A DNA stretch of 64,000 nucleotides from a bacterium (GTDB taxonomy: Bacteria; Patescibacteriota; Minisyncoccia; Moranbacterales; UBA1568): positions 260,934 to 324,933 of the forward strand of contig JAKACP010000001.1 in assembly GCA_021821305.1 (NCBI GenBank), read 5' to 3'. The notes beneath the pieces were generated by a model. That model was given only the letters and a program-made list of their open reading frames with translations. It did no database searches and was not told the DNA's origin. Position numbers and translations under genes: made by a program. Shown here piece by piece: positions 49,977-59,428 of this stretch (position 1 is its first letter; each line of letters begins with the position of its first letter).

Positions 49977-51380
49977 ATGAAACAAGCGGACCTCAAGGGG
50001 AAGCGGGTGACCGTCTTCGGTTTGGGATTGAACGAAGGCGGGGTCGGAACGGTGGAATTCCTCGAACGCGCGGGCGTACGCGAGATCATCGTGACCGACG
50101 TGAAGAAGCGCGACGATCTCCTGCCGTCGCTGAAAAAACTCGAACGATACAAGAATATCACCTATATCCTCGGCCAGCATCGGCCCGAGGATTTCACGCA
50201 TACCGATCTCGTCGTGAAGAACCCGGCCATTCCGTGGACGAACGAGTACGTGCGGCTCGCCGAATCCAAGGGCATTCCCGTGGAGATGGATTCGAGTCTC
50301 TTTTTCGCGTCCTGCAGGAATAAGATCTACGGGGTGACGGGAACGAAGGGGAAGACGACGGTCGCGAGCATGCTCGCTCATATCCTCGAGTCCGCCGGCC
50401 GCCCGGTGGCCCGGGTCGGTATCAGCCAGACACCGGTACTCGGGATGTTGGAAAAGGTGAAGCCCGGCGACACGGTCGTATTCGAACTTTCGAGCTGGCG
50501 CCTTTCGGCGCTCGGCCGGGCCAAACGCAGTCCCGAGCTCGCCGTGTTCACGAACCTCTATCCGGACCACCTCAACTACTATCGGACCATGGCCGGATAT
50601 CGGAAGGACAAGAAATATATCTATCAGTTCCAGAAGAAGACCGGAATTCTCGTGGCCAACGATTCGCTCGACTTCATCAGGGAAGAGCCGCCCGCGGGGA
50701 CGACGCTCTATTTCTCGGAGTCGGGTACGGTTTCGGGAAACGGCGGATTCTTCCGCGACGACGAGGCGATCGTGGTCCGAGATGGCGTCGAATCGGTCCT
50801 GTTCCGGAAATCCGAGCTCCTCATTCCCGGAGTGCACAATCAGGGAAACATGCTCGCCGCGGCGCTCGCGGCCTTCGCGGCCGGTGTCGAACCCGCGAAG
50901 ATCGCCGCCTCGGCCCGGACATTCAAAGGGGTTCCGCATCGGCTCGAATTCGTGCTCGAAAAGAAAGGAGTCTCCTTCTACAACGACACGGCGGCGACGA
51001 TTCCCGAGGCCGTGATATCGGCACTCCGGTCGTTCGATCGATCCGTCATCCTCATCGCGGGCGGTGCGGACAAGAATCTCTCGTTCGGGGATTTCGCGGA
51101 GGAGATCCTTGCCCGAACCAAAGGCGCGGTCTTTTTCAGCGGAAACGCGACGGAAGGGCTGCTGCGGGAAATCCGGAACCGTCTGCCCGCGGATGATGCG
51201 CGTCGACAGTTCGAGGTGGCGCCGAGCATGGAAAAAGCGGTGGAGCTGGCATATCGTGCCGCGGAACCCGGCGATATCGTCCTCCTTTCGCCCGGCGCGG
51301 CGAGTTTCGGCATGTTCACGAACGAGTTCGACCGCGGTGAGCGGTTCCGTACGGCGGTCGCCGCATTGCCCGGAGCGTGA
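49977..51380 (+). CDS. murD: UDP-MurNAc-Ala--D-glutamate ligase
   Basis: GVTGTKGKTT, ELSSW, DHLNY, GVPHRLE, LSPGAASF..F...RG. Confidence 0.95.
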   Translation: MKQADLKGKRVTVFGLGLNEGGVGTVEFLERAGVREIIVTDVKKRDDLLPSLKKLERYKNITYILGQHRPEDFTHTDLVVKNPAIPWTNEYVRLAESKGIPVEMDSSLFFASCRNKIYGVTGTKGKTTVASMLAHILESAGRPVARVGISQTPVLGMLEKVKPGDTVVFELSSWRLSALGRAKRSPELAVFTNLYPDHLNYYRTMAGYRKDKKYIYQFQKKTGILVANDSLDFIREEPPAGTTLYFSESGTVSGNGGFFRDDEAIVVRDGVESVLFRKSELLIPGVHNQGNMLAAALAAFAAGVEPAKIAASARTFKGVPHRLEFVLEKKGVSFYNDTAATIPEAVISALRSFDRSVILIAGGADKNLSFGDFAEEILARTKGAVFFSGNATEGLLREIRNRLPADDARRQFEVAPSMEKAVELAYRAAEPGDIVLLSPGAASFGMFTNEFDRGERFRTAVAALPGA

Positions 51381-51425
51381 TTTCGGGGTATACTGTCCCG
51401 ACGTAAATATTTGTCCAAAAAACAT

Positions 51426-52343
51426 ATGCAGTATGACGTGATAGTCGTCGGTGGGGGACCGGCGGGAGTGTCGGCGGGAATCTACTCGTCGCGGAAACAG
51501 CTCAAGACACTCGTCATTTCCGAGAGCTTCGGCGGGCAATCGGCCGTTTCGGCCGGAGTGGAGAACTGGATCGGCGAGGTCAGCATTCCTGGCTGGGAAC
51601 TCGGACAGAAATTCGAGAAGCATCTGCGGGCGCAGGATGGGATAGAGATACGGACCGAACGCATGACCGGCATGACGGAGATATCGGGCGGATACGAAGT
51701 CGCCACCGAAACCGGGAAGTATGAGACGAAGGCGGTGATCATCGCGCTCGGCGGTCGGCATCGCCATCTCGACGTCCCCGGCGAGGAGAAATTCAAGGGT
51801 AAGGGCGTGGTATACTGCTCGACCTGCGACGCGCCGTTCTTCCGCGGGAAGACGGTGGCGGTGGTCGGCGGAGGCAATTCCGGTCTCGAGGCCGTGGAAG
51901 ACCTGCTTCCGTACGCGGACAAGATTTTCCTGCTCACGCATTCCGACGCGCTCAAGGGCGACGAGGTCACCAAGGACAAGATACTTCAGTCGGACAAGGT
52001 CGACGTCATCTACTTCGCCAAGACGATGGAGATTCTCGGTGAGGAGAAGGTCACCGGCATCCGCTACGAGGATACGGAGGCCAAGGCGACCAAGGAGCTC
52101 GCCGTCGACGGTGTCTTCGTCGAGATCGGCATGGTGCCGAATTCCGACCCGGTGAAGGACATCCTCGAGATCACGCCGTACGGGGAGGTGAAAGTCGATC
52201 CGCGCACCTTCGCGACAAGCCTGCCGGGAGTGTTCGCCGCGGGCGACATCACCGACATGCCATATCGGCAGAACAACATCTCCTCCGGCCAGGGCGTGGT
52301 CGCCGCGCTTTCGGCGTACGACTATATCCGCAAGGGCGCGTAG
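51426..52343 (+). CDS. trxB: Thioredoxin reductase / AhpF-like flavoprotein
   Basis: GGGPAG, YCSTCD, GGGNSG, GVFAAGD. Confidence 0.85.
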   Translation: MQYDVIVVGGGPAGVSAGIYSSRKQLKTLVISESFGGQSAVSAGVENWIGEVSIPGWELGQKFEKHLRAQDGIEIRTERMTGMTEISGGYEVATETGKYETKAVIIALGGRHRHLDVPGEEKFKGKGVVYCSTCDAPFFRGKTVAVVGGGNSGLEAVEDLLPYADKIFLLTHSDALKGDEVTKDKILQSDKVDVIYFAKTMEILGEEKVTGIRYEDTEAKATKELAVDGVFVEIGMVPNSDPVKDILEITPYGEVKVDPRTFATSLPGVFAAGDITDMPYRQNNISSGQGVVAALSAYDYIRKGA

Positions 52344-52407
52344 CGCATCAGCACTTTTCGGATCCGTACCGGAATGGGGTGGCAGAACAACATCTCGGAG
52401 CATCGTC

Positions 52408-52494
52408 TTTACAGAGGGGGAAAAACGTGCTATAATGGCTTTGTAAGGATAAGAAAACGGGTGATTCCAGCGATGGAACCCCGTTTTCTTTTTT
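52408..52494 (+). promoter_or_regulatory. sigma70 promoter followed by a terminator-like leader hairpin
   Basis: TTTACA-N17-TATAAT (52408-52436); AAGAAAACGGG..TTCCA-GCGA-TGGAA..CCCGTTTTCTT-TTTT. Confidence 0.6.
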
Positions 52495-52521
52495 AGGTGG
52501 CGAAACAAAAAAAACGACAAT

Positions 52522-53304
52522 ATGAAGCGTATCCTGAGTACCATCTTCCTCGTTCCGATATTCTTCCTGGCTTCGGCCGGTGTCGTTTCCGCGTCCGGAT
52601 CGATGTCCCCGTGGGCGGAGGACGCGGTCAAGCTCATGAACCGCGAGCGCGATGAACGCGGACTTCCGCCGTTCGTCGTGGACGAGACGCTCGCCGAGGC
52701 CGCTCAGGCGAAGCTCGCCGACATGGAGAAAAAGCGATACTTCGCGCACACGTCGCCCGAGAAACGGACGCCGTGGTCCTTCATCGAAGTCGCGGGATAT
52801 GAGTATCGGTTCGCCGGGGAGAATCTCGCGATCCATTTCAAGAATCCGGAAAGCGAACATGTCGCCTGGATGAAGAGCGAGAAACATTGTCAGAACATCC
52901 TCGACCCGCGGTTCCGCGAGGTCGGTATGGCGGTCGGCAAGGTCTTCTTCGAGGGGCGCGAGACGATGCTCGTCGTGTCCATGTTCGGTACGAAGGCCGG
53001 GGAGGCGATCGACGCTTCCGCGACCAAAGAAGCCGCGCTTGCCATGTGCCGCGGCGAGGAACCTGTCGTCTCGGGCGCCGTGTCGGACGAACCGTCGGAC
53101 AGCCCCGAAGGGCGCGTCGCTCTCTTCGTGAAGGATATTTCCCTGAAATCCGCCTCGCTGTGGAAACTCATCGTCGAAAGCCCGCACGATGTCGCACAGC
53201 TCCTGGCGACCGCGATGTTCGCCGGATCGCAGGTGTCGGCGCTCGTGCTCGTTTCCGGCGGGGTGCTTGCGCGCGAGCGGCGTGACGGCATCTTCCCGTC
53301 GTAG
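52522..53304 (+). CDS. CAP (SCP/Tpx-1/Ag5) domain protein, exported with possible C-terminal anchor
   Basis: Signal peptide; N.ER...GL, YFAHTSP, GENLA, WMKS..H..NIL. Confidence 0.9.
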   Translation: MKRILSTIFLVPIFFLASAGVVSASGSMSPWAEDAVKLMNRERDERGLPPFVVDETLAEAAQAKLADMEKKRYFAHTSPEKRTPWSFIEVAGYEYRFAGENLAIHFKNPESEHVAWMKSEKHCQNILDPRFREVGMAVGKVFFEGRETMLVVSMFGTKAGEAIDASATKEAALAMCRGEEPVVSGAVSDEPSDSPEGRVALFVKDISLKSASLWKLIVESPHDVAQLLATAMFAGSQVSALVLVSGGVLARERRDGIFPS

Positions 53305-53469
53305 CCAACGTATTTTTTTTGGCAGGGGAGAGCGCCCGTATCCCGGGTATTCTCCTCCGCCTGAAATAATGAGGCGGTATCGTACTTTTAAAATCAAAAC
53401 AGAAACACAAACAATATAAGGAATGAATTCTCTTTCCTCCTGTCTGGAGTTTCATCCGACAGAAAACAT

Positions 53470-53495
53470 AAAAACCCTCCAATAAGAGGGTTTTT
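53470..53495. terminator. Bidirectional terminator-like hairpin
   Basis: AAAAACCCTC-CAATAA-GAGGGTTTTT. Confidence 0.7.
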
Positions 53496-53500
53496 AATTT

Positions 53501-53718
53501 CCCACGACGCGATCACCTCCCCGAACGGTCGTCTTCTATTAGGGTGAGACGACGGTCTTCACGGACTGTACAGCCACGAACTGGCGAGATCGCGTGGTCA
53601 AGATCAAATCCGAGGGTATCGCCGGATCCACTGCGCGGGCGGTGGAGGTGGCGATAAATCCCGTGGAAGAATGAAGCACATCCGAAAGGATGCTTTGTCG
53701 ATCATGCCGTTATTCGGC
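53501..53718. ncRNA. Candidate multi-stem structured RNA, family unassigned
   Basis: Helices ACGCGATC/GATCGCGT, GTCGTCT/AGACGAC, TATCGCC/GGCGATA, TCCACTGC/GCGGTGGA, CATCC-GAAA-GGATG in an intergenic gap with no listed ORF. Confidence 0.4.
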
Positions 53719-53736
53719 GCAGGACGGATATTTGCT

Positions 53737-53765
53737 TGCCTATCAGGCCGATTTCGGCTAGAATA
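53737..53765 (+). promoter_or_regulatory. murA promoter (near-leaderless transcript)
   Basis: TTGCCT-N17-TAGAAT ending 8 nt before the ATG. Confidence 0.55.
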
Positions 53766-53773
53766 GGTCCATT

Positions 53774-55036
53774 ATGGACGTATTCGAGATCGAAGGGGGA
53801 AAGCGGCTCAAAGGCACGATAGAGGTGCGCGGGTCCAAGAACGCGACGACGCCGATCCTTGCTGCGGCCCTCCTTTCCGAGACAACCAGTGTCATTTCCG
53901 GCATCCCGCTCATCGAGGACGTGTTCCGTATGCTCGAGATTCTCGAAAGCCTCGGAGCGACGGTGGAGTGGAGAGGGAAGCGGACGGTGGCGATCACGCC
54001 CGGGAAGATCGACCCTCGCCGGGTGGACGTGGAGCTGGTGAAAAAGATCCGTTCGTCGATACTTCTCCTCGGTCCGCTATCCGCGCGCTTCGATCGGTTC
54101 ACGCTCCATCAGCCGGGCGGATGCGTCATCGGTAAGCGGCCGACGGACACGCATATCGATATCCTTTCGAAACTCGGCGTCGCGATACGACGCGAAGAGA
54201 AGGGCTACCGTGTCGACGCGTCGACACGGAGGCCGGGCAGAGCCGTCTTGCGCGAGCTTTCGGTGACGGCGACGGAGAACGCGATGATGCTTGCGGCCGG
54301 CATGCCGGGTAAGACCGTCATCAAGATCGCGGCCGCCGAACCGCATGTCGAGAACCTCGGACGGTTCCTCGTAAAAATGGGAGCGAAAATCAAGGGGCTG
54401 GGGACGCACACGCTCGAGATCGAGGGGTCGAAACGGCTCCGTGGCGCCTCGCATACGGTCATCCCCGATGCCAACGAGGCGGCGACCTTCCTCATCCTCG
54501 GCGTCGCGACGGGAAGCCCGATCACGGTCAAGAACGCCCGCGAGGAGCATCTCGATCTCGTGCTCGAGAAACTGCGCGAGTTCGGTGCGGATTTCACGGT
54601 GACCAAGAATGCCATCACGGTCGTGCCGGCGAAGAAGCTCGTCGCTATCCGGGAAGTCGAGACGAGGACCTATCCCGGTATCCCGACGGATATCCAGGCG
54701 CCGCTCACGGTACTCGCGACCCAGGCGGACGGCGAGACACTCGTGTTCGATACGCTCTTCGAGGGACGGTTCAATCACGCGTACGAGCTCGAGAAGATGG
54801 GCGCCAAGGTGATCATCCTCAATCCGCACCAGGTGATGGTGCTCGGGAAGACCCCGCTTCGCGGCACGGACATCCGTAGCTATGATCTCCGCGGGGGAGC
54901 GGCGCTCATCATAGCCGCCCTCTGTGCGCGCGGGACGACGATCATCGAGGAGGCATATCAGGTGGACCGTGGGTACGAGCGGATCGAGGAGCGTCTGCAG
55001 AAACTGGGTGCGGAGATACGGAGAACGGAGAAATAA
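53774..55036 (+). CDS. murA: UDP-GlcNAc 1-carboxyvinyltransferase
   Basis: GSKNA, PGGCVIGKRP, SVTATEN, YPGIPTD, DLRGG, DRGYE. Confidence 0.97.
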   Translation: MDVFEIEGGKRLKGTIEVRGSKNATTPILAAALLSETTSVISGIPLIEDVFRMLEILESLGATVEWRGKRTVAITPGKIDPRRVDVELVKKIRSSILLLGPLSARFDRFTLHQPGGCVIGKRPTDTHIDILSKLGVAIRREEKGYRVDASTRRPGRAVLRELSVTATENAMMLAAGMPGKTVIKIAAAEPHVENLGRFLVKMGAKIKGLGTHTLEIEGSKRLRGASHTVIPDANEAATFLILGVATGSPITVKNAREEHLDLVLEKLREFGADFTVTKNAITVVPAKKLVAIREVETRTYPGIPTDIQAPLTVLATQADGETLVFDTLFEGRFNHAYELEKMGAKVIILNPHQVMVLGKTPLRGTDIRSYDLRGGAALIIAALCARGTTIIEEAYQVDRGYERIEERLQKLGAEIRRTEK

Positions 55037-55046
55037 TATTCCTATC

Positions 55047-56060
55047 ATGAGTTTTTTCGTCAAAAAAATCGGCATCGATCTCGGGACCGCGAATACCCTC
55101 GTGTTCGTGCCGGGCAAGGGCGTCGTCGTCAACGAACCGTCGGTCGTCGCCGTCTCGGTGGCCGAAAACAAGGTGCTCGCCGTGGGCAACGAGGCCAAGG
55201 AGATGATCGGGCGGACACCGGATACGATCATCGCCTCGCAGCCGCTGCGCGACGGCGCTATCGCGGACTATCGGGTGACCGAGGCGATGCTCCGGTATTT
55301 CATACAGAAGGTGAGCGGAAAATTCCGTTTTTTCCGGCCGGAAATCGTGCTGTCCATACCGGCCGGCGTGACGTCGACCGAGCGGCGCGCCGTGATCGAC
55401 GCGGCGCTCAAGGCCGGCGCCCGGGCGGCCTATGTCGTCAAGGAGCCGATTCTCGCGGCGATCGGCGCCGGCATCCCGATCCATACCGCACAGGGGAACA
55501 TGATCATCAATATCGGTGGCGGCACCTCGGAAATCGCGGTGATCTCGCTCGGCGGCGTCGTCGCATCGGCCTCGGCACGGGTCGGCGGGAACAAGATCGA
55601 CCTCGCCATCTCCGATTACATCAAGCGGAAATACAGCCTCGCGATCGGGGAGCGGACCGCGGAAGACGTGAAGATCGGTATCGGCGCGGCGATCGCGCAG
55701 GTGAAGGAGGATCACATGGAGATACGCGGCCGGGACCTCATGGGAGGCCTGCCCAAGACGATACTCGTCTCGTCGAACGAGGTGACGGAAGCGATACAAG
55801 ACGAGCTCCGGGAAATCATCAACGTCGTGAAACAGGTGCTCCAGGAGACGCCGCCAGAACTCGCGGCGGACATCATGGACAAGGGCATGGTGCTCTCCGG
55901 TGGGACGGCACAGCTCCGTTTCCTCGACCAACTCGTCGGGAAGACGATCGGCGTGCCCTGCTACGTGGCGGATGACCCGGCTTTCTGCGTGGTGAAAGGC
56001 GCCGGCATCGTGCTCGAGAACCTCGATGCCTACAAGCGGAGCCTCATGATGGGAAAGTAG
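55047..56060 (+). CDS. mreB: Rod shape-determining protein MreB
   Basis: IGIDLGTANT, EPSVVA, IGGGTSE, IGERTAE, TPPEL; start at ATG 55047. Confidence 0.97.
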   Translation: MSFFVKKIGIDLGTANTLVFVPGKGVVVNEPSVVAVSVAENKVLAVGNEAKEMIGRTPDTIIASQPLRDGAIADYRVTEAMLRYFIQKVSGKFRFFRPEIVLSIPAGVTSTERRAVIDAALKAGARAAYVVKEPILAAIGAGIPIHTAQGNMIINIGGGTSEIAVISLGGVVASASARVGGNKIDLAISDYIKRKYSLAIGERTAEDVKIGIGAAIAQVKEDHMEIRGRDLMGGLPKTILVSSNEVTEAIQDELREIINVVKQVLQETPPELAADIMDKGMVLSGGTAQLRFLDQLVGKTIGVPCYVADDPAFCVVKGAGIVLENLDAYKRSLMMGK

Positions 56061-56065
56061 TCTTT

Positions 56066-56203
56066 AAAACACAAAACACAGTTCACAAAATGCCAAACAA
56101 AACACAAGACACCGTTTTCAAAGGACAAACGGAAGATGGGGAGTTTGTGATTTGTGTTCTGGGCTTTGTTTGGTATTTTGTGTTTTGATCTTTTGTGCTT
56201 TGC
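56066..56203. repeat. Inverted pair of degenerate heptamer tracts
   Basis: AAACACA AAACACA GTTCACA AAATGCC AAACAAAACAC AAGACAC / TTTGTGA TTTGTGT TCTGGGC TTTGTTTGGTA TTTTGTG; shares TGTGTTCTGGGCTTTGT with the tract at 6288-6407. Confidence 0.85.
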
Positions 56204-56204
56204 T

Positions 56205-57296
56205 ATGGTAATTGGTATCGACGCTTCGCGCGCCTTTCTGAAACGTCGGACGGGAATCGAGGAATATTCGTATCAGGTCATCTCCGCGCTCCGGGGCCCG
56301 CTCGGCGATACGGACGTCGTCTTGTATATCCGTTCCGACCAGTCGGTGTCGTTCGATCTTCCGAAGCGCTGGCGCGTGAGGAAGCTCCGCGCTCCGCGGT
56401 TCTGGACGCAGATACGGCTCTCTTTCGAGATGCTCTTCCATCCGCCGGACGTGCTGTTCGTTCCGGCCCATACGGTGCCGCTCATCCATCCCGCCCGGAC
56501 GATCGTGACGGTGCACGGACTGGAATACGAGGTGTTTCCGAACGGCTACTCGTTGTGGGAGCGGCTTTACATGCGCTTCTCGATACGTTTTTCGACGCGT
56601 GTCGCGAAGCGGGTGATCGCGGTTTCGGAGAACACGCGGCGCGACCTCGTACATCTGTATGGTATTCCGACGGAGAAGATATCGGTGGTGTATGAGGGGA
56701 TATCGGAAAACGTCAAAAGAAACGCTCCGGATGCCGGATCGCGACCGGACGAGACGGGAGCGGGATCCAGACATCCGTACCTCCTGTTCATAGGGCGTCT
56801 GGAAGAGCGCAAGAACATCGCCCGGATCATCGAGGCGTTCGGGATGCTCAAGGAGAAATACGGTATCCCGCACGAACTGATGCTTGTCGGGAAGCCGGGA
56901 TACGGATATGAAAAAATAAGCGGCAAGATACGGGAGACAAGATACGGGATACGGGAAATGGGGTACGTAAGCGAGGAGGAGAAATTCGCGCTCCTGAAAA
57001 ACGCCGACGTCTTCCTCTTTCCGACGCTCTACGAGGGCTTCGGCCTGCCGGTACTCGAAGCGCAGACGGCCGGGGTGCCGGTCGTCACGTCGGATCGGAG
57101 CTCGCTTCCGGAAATCGGCGGGGAGGGAGCACTCTATGCGGACCCCTCGTCCACGGCGGACATCGCGGAAAAGACATGGAAACTTCTCTCGTCCAAGGAT
57201 CTGCGGGATGATATAATGGAAAAAGGACGCGGGAACGTACGCCGATTCGGTTGGGATCGGTGTGCTGATTCCATCGCCGCTCTGCTTCGAGGCTGA
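56205..57296 (+). CDS. GT4 glycosyltransferase
   Basis: IGIDAS, TGIEEY, FIGRLEERKN, YEGFGLPVLEA; start at ATG 56205. Confidence 0.93.
   Translation: MVIGIDASRAFLKRRTGIEEYSYQVISALRGPLGDTDVVLYIRSDQSVSFDLPKRWRVRKLRAPRFWTQIRLSFEMLFHPPDVLFVPAHTVPLIHPARTIVTVHGLEYEVFPNGYSLWERLYMRFSIRFSTRVAKRVIAVSENTRRDLVHLYGIPTEKISVVYEGISENVKRNAPDAGSRPDETGAGSRHPYLLFIGRLEERKNIARIIEAFGMLKEKYGIPHELMLVGKPGYGYEKISGKIRETRYGIREMGYVSEEEKFALLKNADVFLFPTLYEGFGLPVLEAQTAGVPVVTSDRSSLPEIGGEGALYADPSSTADIAEKTWKLLSSKDLRDDIMEKGRGNVRRFGWDRCADSIAALLRG
56923..56957 (+). repeat. In-frame heptamer tract in GT4 (KIRETRYGIRE)
   Basis: GCAAGAT ACGGGAG ACAAGAT ACGGGAT ACGGGAA. Confidence 0.75.
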
Positions 57297-57328
57297 CCGT
57301 GTCGGTGCGCGCTCATAAAGACTGAAAT

Positions 57329-58468
57329 ATGGCCCAGGACAAGGAGATAAAAGTCGCGTTCGTTCATGACTTCCTCGTCTCATATGGCGGGGCGGAACGG
57401 GTGTTGGAAAGCCTGATCAGACTCTATCCGGAAGCGCCGATCTATACCCTACTGTACGACGCGGAGGCGATGGGCGGGCGATTCGCCGGAAAGGACATAC
57501 GGGTATCGTTTCTCGCGAAACTGCCGGCTTTTCTGCGGCGACGGCATCGCTGGCTCCTTCCGATATTTCCGGTCGCGGTCGAGGCCTTCGATCTCCGGGA
57601 TTTCGATCTGGTCATCTCCTCGTCCGGCGCATGGTCCAAAGGCGTCGTCACGAGGCTCCATACGGTGCATGTCGCCTATCTCCACTCGCCCATGAGGCTC
57701 CTGTGGGATGCGAACGAGCGATACCTCGATATGATCCGGGCCGGATGGTGTAAACGGTTCTTCGGGCGCATCGTGCTTTCCTACCTGCGCCTCTGGGACC
57801 GGGAGGCGGCCGATCGACCCGATGTGATCGTCTCGAATTCCCGCTATACCGCCCTCCGCGCGGAGAAATACTATCGCCGCGAATCGCCGGTCGTCTACCC
57901 GCCGGTCGTCGTTTCCGGAACCGAGGAAACGTCTACGGGCCGGCAGGTCGTGACGGAAAAGGAAAAATTCTTTCTCGTCGTGGCGCGTCTCTCCGAGAGC
58001 AAGGGAATCGGGACGGCGATCGAGGCATTCAACAAACTCGGACTCCGGCTCGTCGTGGTCGGGGAGGGACGGGAGCGCCGACGCCTTGAGGCCATCGCGG
58101 AGAAGAATATCTCCTTCACGGGACGGGTGGATGATACGGAACTCACCTCGCTCTATCGGCGCGCGGAGTCCCTCATCATGCCCTCGGAAGAGGACTTCGG
58201 CATGGTCGCGGCCGAGGCGATCGCGCTCGGGACGCCGGTCATCGCGCTCGGCCGAGGCGGCGCGCTCGAAATCGTGGAACCGGGGGCGACGGGGGAACTG
58301 TTCCGCTCCGAGACGCCGGAAGTGCTGGCCGATGCGGTGCGCCGATTCCTCGACCGGGGACGAAGCGCCTATGAACCGTCGTGTCGGGAGCGATCCGGAC
58401 GGTTTTCTGAGGAGCGGTTTCTCTCGGAATGGCGCTCTATCATCGAAAAAGCGATGCGGGAAAAGTGA
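57329..58468 (+). CDS. GT4 glycosyltransferase
   Basis: VHDFL..GGAERV, HSPMR, EDFGMVAAEA. Confidence 0.93.
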   Translation: MAQDKEIKVAFVHDFLVSYGGAERVLESLIRLYPEAPIYTLLYDAEAMGGRFAGKDIRVSFLAKLPAFLRRRHRWLLPIFPVAVEAFDLRDFDLVISSSGAWSKGVVTRLHTVHVAYLHSPMRLLWDANERYLDMIRAGWCKRFFGRIVLSYLRLWDREAADRPDVIVSNSRYTALRAEKYYRRESPVVYPPVVVSGTEETSTGRQVVTEKEKFFLVVARLSESKGIGTAIEAFNKLGLRLVVVGEGRERRRLEAIAEKNISFTGRVDDTELTSLYRRAESLIMPSEEDFGMVAAEAIALGTPVIALGRGGALEIVEPGATGELFRSETPEVLADAVRRFLDRGRSAYEPSCRERSGRFSEERFLSEWRSIIEKAMREK

Positions 58469-58522
58469 CTCCTCCGGATTCCTTCCATGCCTTTTCGTTC
58501 TCGTATCCGCTCATCTCTTCTT

Positions 58523-59410
58523 ATGAATATCATCGGCCACGCTCGTATACGGGACATGCTTCGCGGAATCGCTTCCCTCGAGGAACTGCCGCATCACGCG
58601 TTTTTCTTTTTCGGTCCGGACGGTGTCGGAAAGTCCCTCGTCGCGGAGGAATTCGCTTCGCATGTCCTCGGATACGGCGGAGAGGATCCCAACGGGAAAC
58701 AGGATTTCCTCCGTATCGTTCCGGAAGAGAAGAAGGACGGGAAAACGAAGAAGATTCCCGTGGAATCGATCCGTGAAGCCGGCATCTTTCTCTCGCGGTT
58801 TCCCGCGGAGGCGCGGAAACGGGTGGTTCTCATCGAGGACGCCCAGGAACTTTCGGAATCCGCCCAGAACGCGCTGCTCAAGGTGTTCGAGGAACCCAAT
58901 CCGACGTCCGTCATCATTCTCGTGGCCTCCCGGCGCGGTCGGATACGCGACACCATCTTTTCCCGGGCGTTCCGGGTCCCGTTCTCGACCGTTTCCGAGG
59001 ACGATCTCCGCTCAGGCGCCGCTCGGCTGTTTCCGAAGGCGGATGTCGAATCGCTGGAGCCGTTCTTCTTTTCCCTCGGCCGCCCGAGCCTCATCGTAGG
59101 GGCATTGTCCGATAAGGAGGCCTTCGCCGCGCGCCGAGATACGCTCCGGACGCTCTTCAAGCTCTCCTCGCTGTCCCTCTCCGAACGGCTGTCCCTCTCC
59201 GAACGGCTGTCCGGATCGCTTCCGGAAGCGATCCGGCTTCTCGAGTGGTGGCTGGTCGGTCTTCGCTCGATGAAGACGGACGAACGGAATCCGAAAAGAG
59301 TCGCCTCGCTCTACCGCTTCTTCGACGATCTCGAGGAAGGCATACGGACCCTCCGCGATACGAACGCGAACGCCCGGCTCGTCATCGATCGTATTTTTCT
59401 CAAGGTATGA
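58523..59410 (+). CDS. holB: DNA polymerase III delta-prime-like clamp loader subunit
   Basis: IIGH, GPDGVGKS, AQNALLKVFEEP, TIFSR; start at ATG 58523. Confidence 0.85.
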   Translation: MNIIGHARIRDMLRGIASLEELPHHAFFFFGPDGVGKSLVAEEFASHVLGYGGEDPNGKQDFLRIVPEEKKDGKTKKIPVESIREAGIFLSRFPAEARKRVVLIEDAQELSESAQNALLKVFEEPNPTSVIILVASRRGRIRDTIFSRAFRVPFSTVSEDDLRSGAARLFPKADVESLEPFFFSLGRPSLIVGALSDKEAFAARRDTLRTLFKLSSLSLSERLSLSERLSGSLPEAIRLLEWWLVGLRSMKTDERNPKRVASLYRFFDDLEEGIRTLRDTNANARLVIDRIFLKV

Positions 59411-59427
59411 GAATTTAGACAGTTACT
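59408..59427 (+). repeat. Solo right end of a family A element, supplying the holB stop codon
   Basis: TGAGAATTTAGACAGTTACT identical to 46363-46382. Confidence 0.75.
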
Positions 59428-59428
59428 G

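Noticed and set aside
53423-53485. 20-codon ORF MNSLSSCLEFHPTENIKTLQ, with GAGTTTCATCCGACA resembling a family A fragment
   Set aside because: Too short, overlaps the terminator, and the similarity is within chance
53501-53718. RNase P, SRP, FMN/ZTP/glmS riboswitch or raiA motif
   Set aside because: Diagnostic motifs (GGAAAGUCC, GGAAGGAAGCAG etc.) are absent on both strands; kept only as an unassigned candidate
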